Shown here piece after piece: positions 20,864-29,933 of a DNA stretch of 64,000 nt. Under the pieces are notes generated by a model that was given only the letters and a program-made list of their open reading frames with translations, made no database searches and was not told the origin of the DNA. Positions within the stretch are counted from its first letter, which is position 1, and every line of letters begins with the position of its first letter. Where the stretch lies: positions 1,568,001 through 1,632,000 of the forward strand of contig CAXXKM010000003.1 in assembly GCA_963664435.2 (NCBI GenBank), read 5' to 3'. The DNA comes from Longimicrobiales bacterium. GTDB taxonomy: Bacteria; Gemmatimonadota; Gemmatimonadetes; Longimicrobiales; Gaopeijiaceae. Position numbers and translations under genes: made by a program.

Positions 20864-22153
20864 ATGGTTTCCGCAGGTTTCCGAAAATCGCGGGTCGGCG
20901 CCGGCCTGGTTGCCGCGGGCGCGGTCCTCCTCGCCGTAAATCTGGTCGCGCGCGGCGGGCGCGAATCGGCCGTGGACGCGTCGGGCGGTGCCGGCGCGCA
21001 GGCGGCCGGCGAAGCCCGCCCCGGCATCGAGGTTCTGCTCGCGGACTCCATCCACCTGGTCGAGGGCCGCCGTGCCGGGCTGGTCACCAACCACACGGGC
21101 ATCGACCGCCGGGGCGTCTCCACCATCGACCTCCTGCACCGGGACGCGCGCCTGGAGCTGGTCGCGCTCTATTCTCCCGAGCATGGCATCCGGGGCGAGG
21201 CCGAAGCCGGCGAACTCGTCGACAGCGGGATGGACGCGAGCACCGGGCTGCCGATCCATTCGCTCTACGGAGCGACCCGCAAGCCGACGCCGGAGATGCT
21301 GGAGGGCGTCGAGGTGCTCCTCTTCGACATCCAGGACATCGGCGCGCGCTACTACACCTACGTCTACACCATGGCGCTGGCGATGGAGGCAGCCGGAGAG
21401 GCCGGGATCCCCTTTGTGGTGCTGGACCGGCCCAACCCGATCGGGGGCGCCGAGGTGCAGGGGAACGTGCTGGATCCCGCGTTCGCCTCCTTTGTGGGCA
21501 TGTACCCCATCCCCATGCGCCACGGGATGACGCCGGGCGAACTGGCGCGGCTCTTCCAGGGCGAGTTCGGGGTGGACGTGGAGCTCGGCGTGGCTCCGCT
21601 GTCGGGATGGAGCCGGAGCGACTGGTTCACCGACACCGGGCTGCCCTGGGTGGCGCCTTCGCCGAACATGCCTTCGGTGGAGAGCGCACGTCACTATCCG
21701 GGCACCTGCCTGTTCGAAGGGACCAATCTGTCCGTGGGCCGGGGCACGCCCATCGCCTTTCAGCAGATCGGGGCCCCCTGGCTGGACGGAGAGGCGCTGG
21801 CCGCGAACCTGACGGCGTACGGCCTCCCGGGTGTGCGCTTCGAGGCGGTTCGCTTCGTGCCGGAAAACCCCGGCGACGGCAAGCACGGCGGAGTCGAGGT
21901 GGGAGGCGTGCGGCTGGTCGCCACCGATCCGGGCTACGACCCCACCGAGGCCGCGGCGGCCGCGCTCATCGAAGCTGCCGCGCTCTCCGGCGACCGGTGG
22001 GAATGGCGCGAAGCCGCCTTCGACCGGCTCGCGGGCACCGATCGCCTGCGGTTGGCGGTTGAGGCGGGCGCGTCCCTGGAGGAGGTGCGCGCCGCATGGC
22101 AGCCCGACCTGATCGAATTCCGGCGGGTGCGGGAACGGTATCTCCTGTACTGA
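20864..22153 (+). CDS. namZ: Exo-beta-N-acetylmuramidase NamZ family (DUF1343)
   Basis: GLVTNHTG, PEHG, HSLYG, FDIQDIGARYYTY, LDRPNP, RHGMTPGELA, PSPN, SVGRGT. Confidence 0.9.
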   Translation: MVSAGFRKSRVGAGLVAAGAVLLAVNLVARGGRESAVDASGGAGAQAAGEARPGIEVLLADSIHLVEGRRAGLVTNHTGIDRRGVSTIDLLHRDARLELVALYSPEHGIRGEAEAGELVDSGMDASTGLPIHSLYGATRKPTPEMLEGVEVLLFDIQDIGARYYTYVYTMALAMEAAGEAGIPFVVLDRPNPIGGAEVQGNVLDPAFASFVGMYPIPMRHGMTPGELARLFQGEFGVDVELGVAPLSGWSRSDWFTDTGLPWVAPSPNMPSVESARHYPGTCLFEGTNLSVGRGTPIAFQQIGAPWLDGEALAANLTAYGLPGVRFEAVRFVPENPGDGKHGGVEVGGVRLVATDPGYDPTEAAAAALIEAAALSGDRWEWREAAFDRLAGTDRLRLAVEAGASLEEVRAAWQPDLIEFRRVRERYLLY

Positions 22154-22179
22154 CCGGCGTCCGGCCAGGTTACAGAGCC

Positions 22180-23499
22180 TTAAGGCACCCGCCCCGGGCT
22201 TCTTGAACCCCGCACGAGGTCCACGGCGCTCGTTTTCGTGCGTTGCAGAATGGGGTACCCGGTGCGGGTCGTGCCGAGCACGCGCCGATGCATCGAGTTG
22301 CCGGCGAACTCATCCTTGATGATGGCTACCTGACGATCGAACACTCCGCTAACCAGGCGCTCGCAAAAGCGCCAGGTCAGGTGGGCTTGAGGAACCGGCT
22401 GGGTCGTGACCAGATCCAGGATCGCCTCACCGGGGAACCGGTGGTAGTCCGGATATTGCAGGGGCAGCTTGTCTGTGGGCAGAGACTCAAGGTCGACGTT
22501 GTCCACCACCACGAGGATGGGGATGGAACTCAGCAGCAACCCCCTTCCCAGTGGGTCGACGGAAGGCCTGAACCCGACGTGCTCCATGTTGGGCACGGCC
22601 GGATTGTCGATGTCCTGACCCATGCCGAACACCTCGAAATCGGCCCGCGAGAGGTCCGGGAGTCCGGATCCGGGATAGAGTTCGTCATGATTGATCGCCT
22701 GTTGCGCCACTACGCGGGCCTGACCCGGCAGGACAGGGTATTCCCGTCCCGAGCCGGGGAATCGGAGTACGCGCTGCGCCCAGATGCCTTCGGAATCGAG
22801 CCGCCAGCGTTCATAGTCGACGCAGCGGTCTGGCGAAGCGTCGCTTTCCCACACGAAATCGAACGCCTGGGCGATGATCTTGCCATCCAGGTACACGGTC
22901 GTGTCCGCGTTGTTGTAGACCTCGACATACTTGGCCAGCGAATACTGGACAGTGGGTCCACCGATCTCGCGCGGCGACCAGTCATGGACCTCGCTGATTA
23001 CGAGGGAGCCTCGGCGACCGGCCACCGCTTCGACGTCCGCGGTGCTGGACGGCGGCTGGACCTGGACGCGGTTGCCGCCCCCGAAAGCGTTGACGCCGCT
23101 CAGGGCCGAGTCCGCCTCGTTGATCCGGGCCGTCTCGTCTGCATTCAGGAGGCGAAGGGAGGTGATGTCATATCGCCCGGGCAGAAGCCCCGCGAAGGTA
23201 ACTTGCCCGAGGGAGTCCGTGGTGCCCACCTCGACCGGCGACTCGCCGACACGCCGGATTCTGACATGCGCCTCCGGCACGCGGTCGGCTGGACGCCCGA
23301 GAGCCTCGAGAGCCCGACTCGCTTCCCCAGCCGCCGTAACCGTGACGGTCAGGCTCCCTCGCTGGACCGTGTCTCCGACGCTGCGAGGGGTAGTGTCCGG
23401 AGGCGGAGGCCGAAGTTCGACGGGATCGTCGCCAGGCGAACAACTCGCAAGGAAGCAGCCGAGAGCCGGACCCCAGAGCCCGACCGCTCTACGCGTCAC
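22180..23499 (-). CDS. DUF4876-like lipoprotein with N-terminal carboxypeptidase-regulatory-like domain
   Basis: Lipobox LASC after GTG 23499; LVISEV, YVEVYNN..TVYLDG, FPGSG..YPV.PGQ, AINH, DLS.ADFE, DNPAVPNM resemble DUF4876 as recalled. Confidence 0.7.
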   Translation of the reverse strand: MTRRAVGLWGPALGCFLASCSPGDDPVELRPPPPDTTPRSVGDTVQRGSLTVTVTAAGEASRALEALGRPADRVPEAHVRIRRVGESPVEVGTTDSLGQVTFAGLLPGRYDITSLRLLNADETARINEADSALSGVNAFGGGNRVQVQPPSSTADVEAVAGRRGSLVISEVHDWSPREIGGPTVQYSLAKYVEVYNNADTTVYLDGKIIAQAFDFVWESDASPDRCVDYERWRLDSEGIWAQRVLRFPGSGREYPVLPGQARVVAQQAINHDELYPGSGLPDLSRADFEVFGMGQDIDNPAVPNMEHVGFRPSVDPLGRGLLLSSIPILVVVDNVDLESLPTDKLPLQYPDYHRFPGEAILDLVTTQPVPQAHLTWRFCERLVSGVFDRQVAIIKDEFAGNSMHRRVLGTTRTGYPILQRTKTSAVDLVRGSRSPGRVP

Positions 23500-23608
23500 G
23501 CTCTCAACCCCGGCCGCTTCACTTCGGTTCACCTCTCCGGTCGAATCCGGCCATCCGCTCACCTCCCCGTTCGCCAACGCCTCGATGCACACGGTCAACC
23601 ATGCGGGA

Positions 23609-23636
23609 CAACGTTTGAGCACCACGAAACACGACA
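23609..23636 (-). promoter_or_regulatory. Putative ECF-sigma promoter for the DUF4876-like gene
   Basis: TGTCGTGTTTCGTGGTGCTCAAACGTTG; same length and core as the copies at 23895 and 33075. Confidence 0.65.
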
Positions 23637-23894
23637 ACGCGAGCGGTGCCCTCGCCTGCCCAGGTCGTTACCGGCCCGGCGCAGTCCCCAGCCCTCCCGT
23701 GGTTCATCCCCTCCGGACGCTTTCCGGTCCCTTGCCGCTGATCCGGGCGGCGCGCATACTCTCTGGCGGCTTCGGTCGTCTGGGCCCTCGGTTGTCCGCT
23801 CCGAGTTCCGCGAATCAGGTTGCCAGGCGAACGCTTGCGGACCGGAAGCCCGATCCTCGTTGCGCTCATCTCCCCCTCCCGCGACCCGCCGGCT

Positions 23895-23922
23895 TGTCAC
23901 GAAACGCCCTGCTGAAACGTTG
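23895..23922 (+). promoter_or_regulatory. Putative autoregulatory ECF-sigma promoter
   Basis: TGTCACGAAACGCCCTGCTGAAACGTTG, ~75 nt upstream of the sigma gene. Confidence 0.65.
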
Positions 23923-23996
23923 CTTCTTTAACGGCGGACGCGTCCCGACGCCAGTCTGCGGGGTCCGACCTGTGCCCGGCGTCCCGGAGCGCACGG

Positions 23997-24500
23997 GTGG
24001 ACCCTAGAGAGCTCTTCGAGGAAGTCTATCCCGCGCTCCTGGGGCGTTGCCAGGCCATGACGAGCGATCCTGATCTGGCTGCGGACGCGGCTCAGGAGGC
24101 GTTCGCGCGTTTGGTAGAGAGGAACGTCCGCGGATCTCGCGACCAACTCAGGGGCTGGCTCTTCCGGACGGCCGAGAACGCGCTCCGCGACACTCTGCGG
24201 CGGGAAAGAACGCGACGACGTTTGGTGGGATGGCGACTGGAATGGGTCAGGCAGGCCCGGCAACCGGATGAAGAGGTGGAACGGCGCGAGCGCATTCGCG
24301 CCGTGCGGGCGGCACTGAACGCTCTGGACGACAGGACGCGGAAGCTGCTTGAGATGAGCGCGGCGGGATTCTCCCGGCACGAGATCGCCCGGCATCTGCA
24401 AGTTTCGACGACTTCGGTTTCGACCCTGCTGGTTCGCGCCCGACGGGCCCTCGGCGACAAGCTTCAAGAACAGGGGTACTGTCATGAATCATATTCCTGA
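23997..24500 (+). CDS. ECF RNA polymerase sigma factor
   Basis: Region 2 AADAAQEAF...WLFRTAEN; region 4 EIARHLQVSTTSVSTLLVRAR; 167 aa. Confidence 0.92.
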   Translation: MDPRELFEEVYPALLGRCQAMTSDPDLAADAAQEAFARLVERNVRGSRDQLRGWLFRTAENALRDTLRRERTRRRLVGWRLEWVRQARQPDEEVERRERIRAVRAALNALDDRTRKLLEMSAAGFSRHEIARHLQVSTTSVSTLLVRARRALGDKLQEQGYCHESYS

Positions 24501-25302
24501 AGGCCGGCTCCAGGCCTATGTCGAGGCTTGGCTCTCTCCCGAGGATCGGCGTGAGGTGGAGCGCCATCTGGAGGGATGTCCCACCTGTTCGGCGGTTCGC
24601 CAGGAGCTCGCGGCACTTCGCCGTCTCGCTCGGGGCGCAATTGGCGAGTTGCATCCCGCTCCCAATGTTGAGACGGCCTGGGGGGAGGTGATGCGGCGTG
24701 TGCGGACGAGGCGGCGACGCACCGGGCGTCTACGCGGCCTTGCGGCGTGCCTGCTCGTTGCAGTCCTCGCGGGCGTCTCCGGCCTCGCCCCCGCCTCTCC
24801 ATTGTACGGCTGGGCCGGACGCGCCTGGGAACGGATCGTGGCGCTTCTCGCCGACGAGCCGGGCGATGCGCCTGTTGAGGTCATACCGGGCATGGAGAGC
24901 GAGGCTGTGGCACCCGCGCGCCCAGAGCCCGACGAGTCGTCCGCCGCCCTTCCGACTCCTCCGGCCGAAGCCGGAATCTTCCTGGAAGCGACGAGCGAGC
25001 CGGTCCGGATCGCGCTCCACGAAGTGCTCCCCGGGACCGAAATCCGCGTGGTCTTCGTTGACGGGACCGACGCGGGTGTCTTCGGCTCCGCTGCCTCGCG
25101 GTTCCGGAGTGAGCCCGGCCGGCTGGACATTACGGTTCGGGGGGCCAGCATCCGGGTGGAAATCCCCAAGAGAGCGGAGCGAGTGGCGCTGCTCGTGGGG
25201 GAGGAAGCTCTCCTGGTCAAGGACGGAGGGTCGCTCGACGTGCGCGGCCCCGTCACCAGCCGCAGCCCCGAGGAGATTCGTTTCCTGGTTCCGGGCGGAT
25301 GA
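24484..25302 (+). CDS. Zinc-binding (ZAS/zf-HC2) membrane-anchored anti-sigma factor
   Basis: HLEGCPTC (HxxxCxxC), one hydrophobic helix, periplasmic C-terminal domain; overlaps the sigma gene. Confidence 0.88.
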   Translation: MNHIPEGRLQAYVEAWLSPEDRREVERHLEGCPTCSAVRQELAALRRLARGAIGELHPAPNVETAWGEVMRRVRTRRRRTGRLRGLAACLLVAVLAGVSGLAPASPLYGWAGRAWERIVALLADEPGDAPVEVIPGMESEAVAPARPEPDESSAALPTPPAEAGIFLEATSEPVRIALHEVLPGTEIRVVFVDGTDAGVFGSAASRFRSEPGRLDITVRGASIRVEIPKRAERVALLVGEEALLVKDGGSLDVRGPVTSRSPEEIRFLVPGG

Positions 25303-28169
25303 GCTACCGGTCCTTGCGGCCGCGCTCCCTCCGTCTCGGCCTCCTCCTGCTACTCGGCGGAGGTCTCCCGCCCGCTCCGGTCCCGGCACAGACGGAAACC
25401 GGGCTGGAAGGCTTCGTGACCGACCGGGACACCACCCGGCCCATCGCCGGCGCCGCGGTGTCGATCGAGGGACTAGACCTGGGCGTGGTCACGGACTCGG
25501 CCGGGCGCTATCGGCTGCGGGACATCCCGCCGGGGCCCCAGGTCCTCTCCGTCGAGATGATCGGATACGCCGCGGCCCGCGTCCGGCTCGCCATGCCCAC
25601 GGCCGGGGTCATGGAGCTCGATGTGGCGCTCGCCACGTCTCCGCTTCGGCTTGAGGGCGTCACGGTCACGGCCGATCCCGTGTCCAGGGCCCGCGGTGAG
25701 CTGGGCACCGCGAGCGTGATCGGACAGGACGCCATCGACGTTCAAACCGCCACCTCGCTGTCCGGGCTCCTGGAGCTGGTACCCGGGGCCGTATTGACGC
25801 CGCCGGGGCTGGACGATGTCGAACAGATCTCGCTCCGCACCGTACCGACCAGCTCCGTGCTGAGCCTCGTGGGAAGCGGCCCGTCCCCCGCCGAGCTCGC
25901 GTCGTTCGGCACGCTCATCGTGATGGACGGCGTTCCCATCTCGAACAATGCGAACCTGCAGAGCCTGGGGCCGCGCGGAGAGCTGCGCATCCCCACGAGC
26001 GCGGGGGGAGGGATCGACCTGAGGCGCATCCCCGCGACGACGCTCGAGCGCGTTGAGGTGATCCGCGGCGTGCCGTCGGTGCGCTTCGGCGACCTGAGCC
26101 ACGGCGTCATCGTGGTGGACACGCGCGCGGGAGCCTTCGAGCCACGTCTGGAGAGCATCTTCGATCCCTTCACTGCGGGCGGGAGCTTCGTTGGCGGGTG
26201 GAGCCTCGCGGCCGACGGCGCGATGTCGGGCACGCTGGACGTCACCGGCACGCGCCCGAGCCCCGGCTTCAACGACAACGAGTCGGTGCGGTTCTCGAGC
26301 CAGTTCTCGCACAGGGCGGACGTGGGCGAGGCGTTCGCTACCGGCGCGGGGAGCGAGCCCATCCCCAGGCTCCGCCTCGACACCCGCCTGGACCTCTTTC
26401 AGGTCGTCCACGACAACCCGGAGGACTCGGTGGTGTCGCCGGGGGCTTCGTCCTGGAGCCGCGACCGGGGCCTGCGCATCTCCGAACGCGCCAGGCTCAG
26501 CGTCTCACCCGCGTTCCTGCTCGAGTTCACGGGCGCGCTGGATCTCACGCAACAGCGCTCGTTCGTGGAGGCTCCTCGCGCGCGCGGCGCGATGCCCTTT
26601 ACCGACCGGGTGACCGCGGGCCGCTCCATCGGACGGTTCATCGGCGGAACCTACCAGAGCCGCGTGGCCATCGACGGCGATGTCCGCCAGGTCTTCACGC
26701 GCCTCGAAGCCGACCGGCGGACGAGCTGGCTCGGCCTCGATCACCGTGTCCGCGCCGGGACCGTCCTGCGGCGCGAGTGGAACGCCGGGCCCGGCTACCA
26801 GTTCGACATCGAGTTTCCCCCGCAGATGAGCTTCAACGGCGTCCAAGGCTTCGACCGACCGCGGCGCTTCGACGACCTCGGCGCGGTGGCGGCAAGCGCC
26901 GTCTACCTGGACGATCGTGTCGTGGGCGCGCTCGGTGGACGGTGGAGCTACGACGTGCAGGCGGGCCTCCGGCTGGACCTGCTGCACGACGCGGGGCACT
27001 GGGCCTCCGGCGTGCGGGACGGCGTGCTCCAGCCGCGGCTGAACGCGCAGCTCTCGCCGCGGCCGTGGCTGCGCCTGCGGGCCGGAGTCGGCCGGACCGC
27101 CAAGCAGCCGTCTCTCGGGCAACTCAGCCCCGCGCGGCAGTTCTACGACGTTGTGAACGTGAACTGGTTCGCGCCCGATCCCGCGGAGCGGCTGGCGGTC
27201 CTGACCACCTTCATTCAGAACCCGGACAACCCGGCCCTGGGATTCTCCCGCACGACGAAGGCGGAAGCCGGGATCGAGGTGGCTCCCGCGCGCGATCTGT
27301 CCGTGAGCGTGATCGCGTTTCGGGACCGGACCGAGGGCGGAGTGGGGATCCGGTCCACTCCGGCCGTCATCTTTCGTGACCGGTACGAGTTGTCGGATTC
27401 GACGATCGGCACCGGCGCTCGTCCGGAGATTCGCGACCCCCCGATGGCGAGCGACTCCACTCCGGTCATCCTGGATATCCCGGACAACAACCTCACGCTG
27501 GCGGCGAGGGGCCTCGAGCTGACGGCGCGGCTCCCACAGCTGCGTCCCCTGCGCACGGCTCTCGAAGTACAGGGCGCGCTCATCGAGACCGAATTGCTGA
27601 AGGACGGCCTCGACTTCGGCACGCGCTTCGGTTCGTTCCAGATGGACGAGCGCGTCGGACGGGCGCCGTTCTGGGAGAGCGTGAGACAGACCGGCGTGCG
27701 CGCGATGCTGACCTACCGGCTCGTGCACCACCAGCCGGATCTCGGACTCGTGATTACGGGGACCGTGCAGCACTTCGCGTACGAGAAGGTCGAGAATGTC
27801 GCACAGACGGACACGCTGGCGTGGGTGGGATACATCACCCGCGGCGGCGACATGGTCCGGGTGCCGGAGGCAGACCGGGGCCGACCCGGGTTCGCGGACC
27901 TCCGCGAGCCGCGCACCAGCGTCTTCACGCGTCCCGACGAGATCGCACCGGACTGGTTCCTGAACCTCCAGGTCACCCTGGATCTCCCCTTCGATGGCCG
28001 ACTTTCGCTCTGGGCCTTCAACGCGCTGGACCGGCCGGGGACGCGCGGGAACGAAGACCAGAGCCCACGCTTCAACAGGGGACTTCGCTTCGGCCTGGAG
28101 GGCGCGTTCAGGCTGGGCTGGCTCCTGGGACCAGCCCGGGATCCTGCCGGCAGTGAGGTGAACCCGTGA
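25299..28169 (+). CDS. TonB-dependent outer-membrane receptor
   Basis: Signal peptide, carboxypeptidase-regulatory-like domain, plug (DGVPISNNANLQ...GIDLRRIP...ERVEVIRGVPSVRFGDLSHG), barrel strands; ATGA coupling to the anti-sigma. Confidence 0.92.
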   Translation: MSYRSLRPRSLRLGLLLLLGGGLPPAPVPAQTETGLEGFVTDRDTTRPIAGAAVSIEGLDLGVVTDSAGRYRLRDIPPGPQVLSVEMIGYAAARVRLAMPTAGVMELDVALATSPLRLEGVTVTADPVSRARGELGTASVIGQDAIDVQTATSLSGLLELVPGAVLTPPGLDDVEQISLRTVPTSSVLSLVGSGPSPAELASFGTLIVMDGVPISNNANLQSLGPRGELRIPTSAGGGIDLRRIPATTLERVEVIRGVPSVRFGDLSHGVIVVDTRAGAFEPRLESIFDPFTAGGSFVGGWSLAADGAMSGTLDVTGTRPSPGFNDNESVRFSSQFSHRADVGEAFATGAGSEPIPRLRLDTRLDLFQVVHDNPEDSVVSPGASSWSRDRGLRISERARLSVSPAFLLEFTGALDLTQQRSFVEAPRARGAMPFTDRVTAGRSIGRFIGGTYQSRVAIDGDVRQVFTRLEADRRTSWLGLDHRVRAGTVLRREWNAGPGYQFDIEFPPQMSFNGVQGFDRPRRFDDLGAVAASAVYLDDRVVGALGGRWSYDVQAGLRLDLLHDAGHWASGVRDGVLQPRLNAQLSPRPWLRLRAGVGRTAKQPSLGQLSPARQFYDVVNVNWFAPDPAERLAVLTTFIQNPDNPALGFSRTTKAEAGIEVAPARDLSVSVIAFRDRTEGGVGIRSTPAVIFRDRYELSDSTIGTGARPEIRDPPMASDSTPVILDIPDNNLTLAARGLELTARLPQLRPLRTALEVQGALIETELLKDGLDFGTRFGSFQMDERVGRAPFWESVRQTGVRAMLTYRLVHHQPDLGLVITGTVQHFAYEKVENVAQTDTLAWVGYITRGGDMVRVPEADRGRPGFADLREPRTSVFTRPDEIAPDWFLNLQVTLDLPFDGRLSLWAFNALDRPGTRGNEDQSPRFNRGLRFGLEGAFRLGWLLGPARDPAGSEVNP

Positions 28170-29842
28170 CCTCGAAGTGCAGGGTGCGCTCATCGAGACC
28201 GAATTGCTGGCGGCTCGACGGAGGTCGCTTCGCAACCGCCGTGGTCGTGATGGTTCTCGCCGCGCCGCAGCCTGCCGCCGCGCAATCGGCGGACCCGCTC
28301 ACGCCCGTCCGGTCGCCGGAGACTCCTGGCTGGATGACGGCGTGGAGCCCGCTTGCGCGATTGGGCACATGGGAGCGCGAAGTACCGTCCGCGCCCCCGT
28401 CGCTCCGGCTCCTCGACGCTCCCGCCCCGCGCGTCGGGCAGCTTTGGAGCACGGGGACGCCCGCGGCGCTGGCTCGTGAGGCGGAGGACGCCTGGGGCGA
28501 GATCCGGTTCCGGGGCGGCGGCGACGTGGGAGCGTACCGGAGGCCTCTCGACGCGCGCGACCACCGTACCGTCCAGTTGTCGGCGCTCCGCTGGCAACCG
28601 CTGGGTGAGCGTTCGGGGGTCGCGGGACGAGTCGTCGCCGACGAAACGATTTCGGACGTGGGCTCGCTCGCGACCTACCTGGTGCGCCACTCGCCCGATC
28701 CCTTCGTGTTCACCGACACCACGACCCCGCCGATGCGGCACGTGCGGGTACGACTGGAGAGCGCCTATGGATGGCGCGCGGGGCCCTGGGCGATCGGAGC
28801 CGGGCTCGGCCTCGAGATGAGCGACGACCGCACGCGCAAGGCTCGCGCGGCACGGCTGGGACGGGCATCGGCACCGGCGCTGAACTTCGGTTTGCTGCGC
28901 GTCCTGTCCGACGCGGGCCTCTCGGTCTCGGCCTTCGGGCGCTGGGCCGAAGCGAACGAAAACAGCCGAATCGCCTTGCCGGGCGGGATCGTAACGGAGG
29001 TCGTGGAGCTCGATGGCCTCGGGGATCCGGAGCCGCGCCGCGCGGCCGGCCCCAGCATCGTCGCGCGCAATGTCGGGCGAAACAACTATGCCGTGGGCGG
29101 GGGGCTCGCGGGGCGCCTGGGCCAGTGGCACTGGGTGATGCACGGCGAGCGGGAGCACCTCGACAACGTCCATGTAGGCTCACGCCTGACCGACGAGGTG
29201 CCGAACCGATGGGAGGCGAAGGGTTGGAGGGTAGGACTCGATGCCCTCGGCCGCGCGGGACCCCTCAGGGCGGTGGTGTCGGCCCGCTATGCCGCGCTGG
29301 ACGGCGACGCGTTCCGCCGGGACCTGGAGGGTCAGGGCGCGATATTCCGGGCGCGGCAGCGAACGTTCACGGGATCCGTGGATCTGCGGGCGGCCGCCGC
29401 CGACTCCGTCTGGATCGCGGGACTCCGGGTCTCGATCGGCCGAAAGACGCGCCTGCGCCGGGATTTCCTCGTGCAGGTCACGGAGGACATCGCCGACGCG
29501 AGCCCCGGCGTGAGCCTGGAGGCTGCCCGGTGGCTGTCGGAGCGCGTGGCCCTCTCGGTGGGAGGCAGCTTCTCGCGTTACGACCCGTCGGGCACGATTC
29601 CGGACTCCGGGGTTTTCGGTCGGATCCAGCCGGAGCTCGTGGCCCCGGAGTTGGCCCTCCACGCCACGGCGGCCCGCGCATATGCGGCATCCGCGACGGT
29701 GCTCGCACACCTGGCGCGGGACGCGACGCTCGTGGTGCGCGGCAGGTTTGACCGCTCGGGGCCGGTGGACTCAATTCCGGGCGTGGGCGCGGAGCGGTCG
29801 CTCTGGAGCATATCAGCGGGCGTGGTCTGGGTGGAAAGATGA
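28166..29842 (+). CDS. Outer-membrane beta-barrel protein, DUF6850-like
   Basis: Signal peptide ending AAAQ, amphipathic strands, YRRPLD and PFVFTD motifs, terminal ISAGVVW; family name from recall; start uncertain. Confidence 0.6.
   Translation: MTSKCRVRSSRPNCWRLDGGRFATAVVVMVLAAPQPAAAQSADPLTPVRSPETPGWMTAWSPLARLGTWEREVPSAPPSLRLLDAPAPRVGQLWSTGTPAALAREAEDAWGEIRFRGGGDVGAYRRPLDARDHRTVQLSALRWQPLGERSGVAGRVVADETISDVGSLATYLVRHSPDPFVFTDTTTPPMRHVRVRLESAYGWRAGPWAIGAGLGLEMSDDRTRKARAARLGRASAPALNFGLLRVLSDAGLSVSAFGRWAEANENSRIALPGGIVTEVVELDGLGDPEPRRAAGPSIVARNVGRNNYAVGGGLAGRLGQWHWVMHGEREHLDNVHVGSRLTDEVPNRWEAKGWRVGLDALGRAGPLRAVVSARYAALDGDAFRRDLEGQGAIFRARQRTFTGSVDLRAAAADSVWIAGLRVSIGRKTRLRRDFLVQVTEDIADASPGVSLEAARWLSERVALSVGGSFSRYDPSGTIPDSGVFGRIQPELVAPELALHATAARAYAASATVLAHLARDATLVVRGRFDRSGPVDSIPGVGAERSLWSISAGVVWVER
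28171..28209 (+). repeat. 39-bp copy of TBDR-internal sequence 27561-27599
   Basis: ctcgaagt(a/g)caggg(c/t)gcgctcatcgagaccgaattgctg, 2 mismatches. Confidence 0.9.
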
Positions 29843-29933
29843 GCGATCGCCCGCCCTACCCGCTCCAAGCCCGGGCCTGTCAGCGGTGCAACATCGCTTT
29901 CTCCCAAATGAACCACGGGATTTCGACAGTTTC

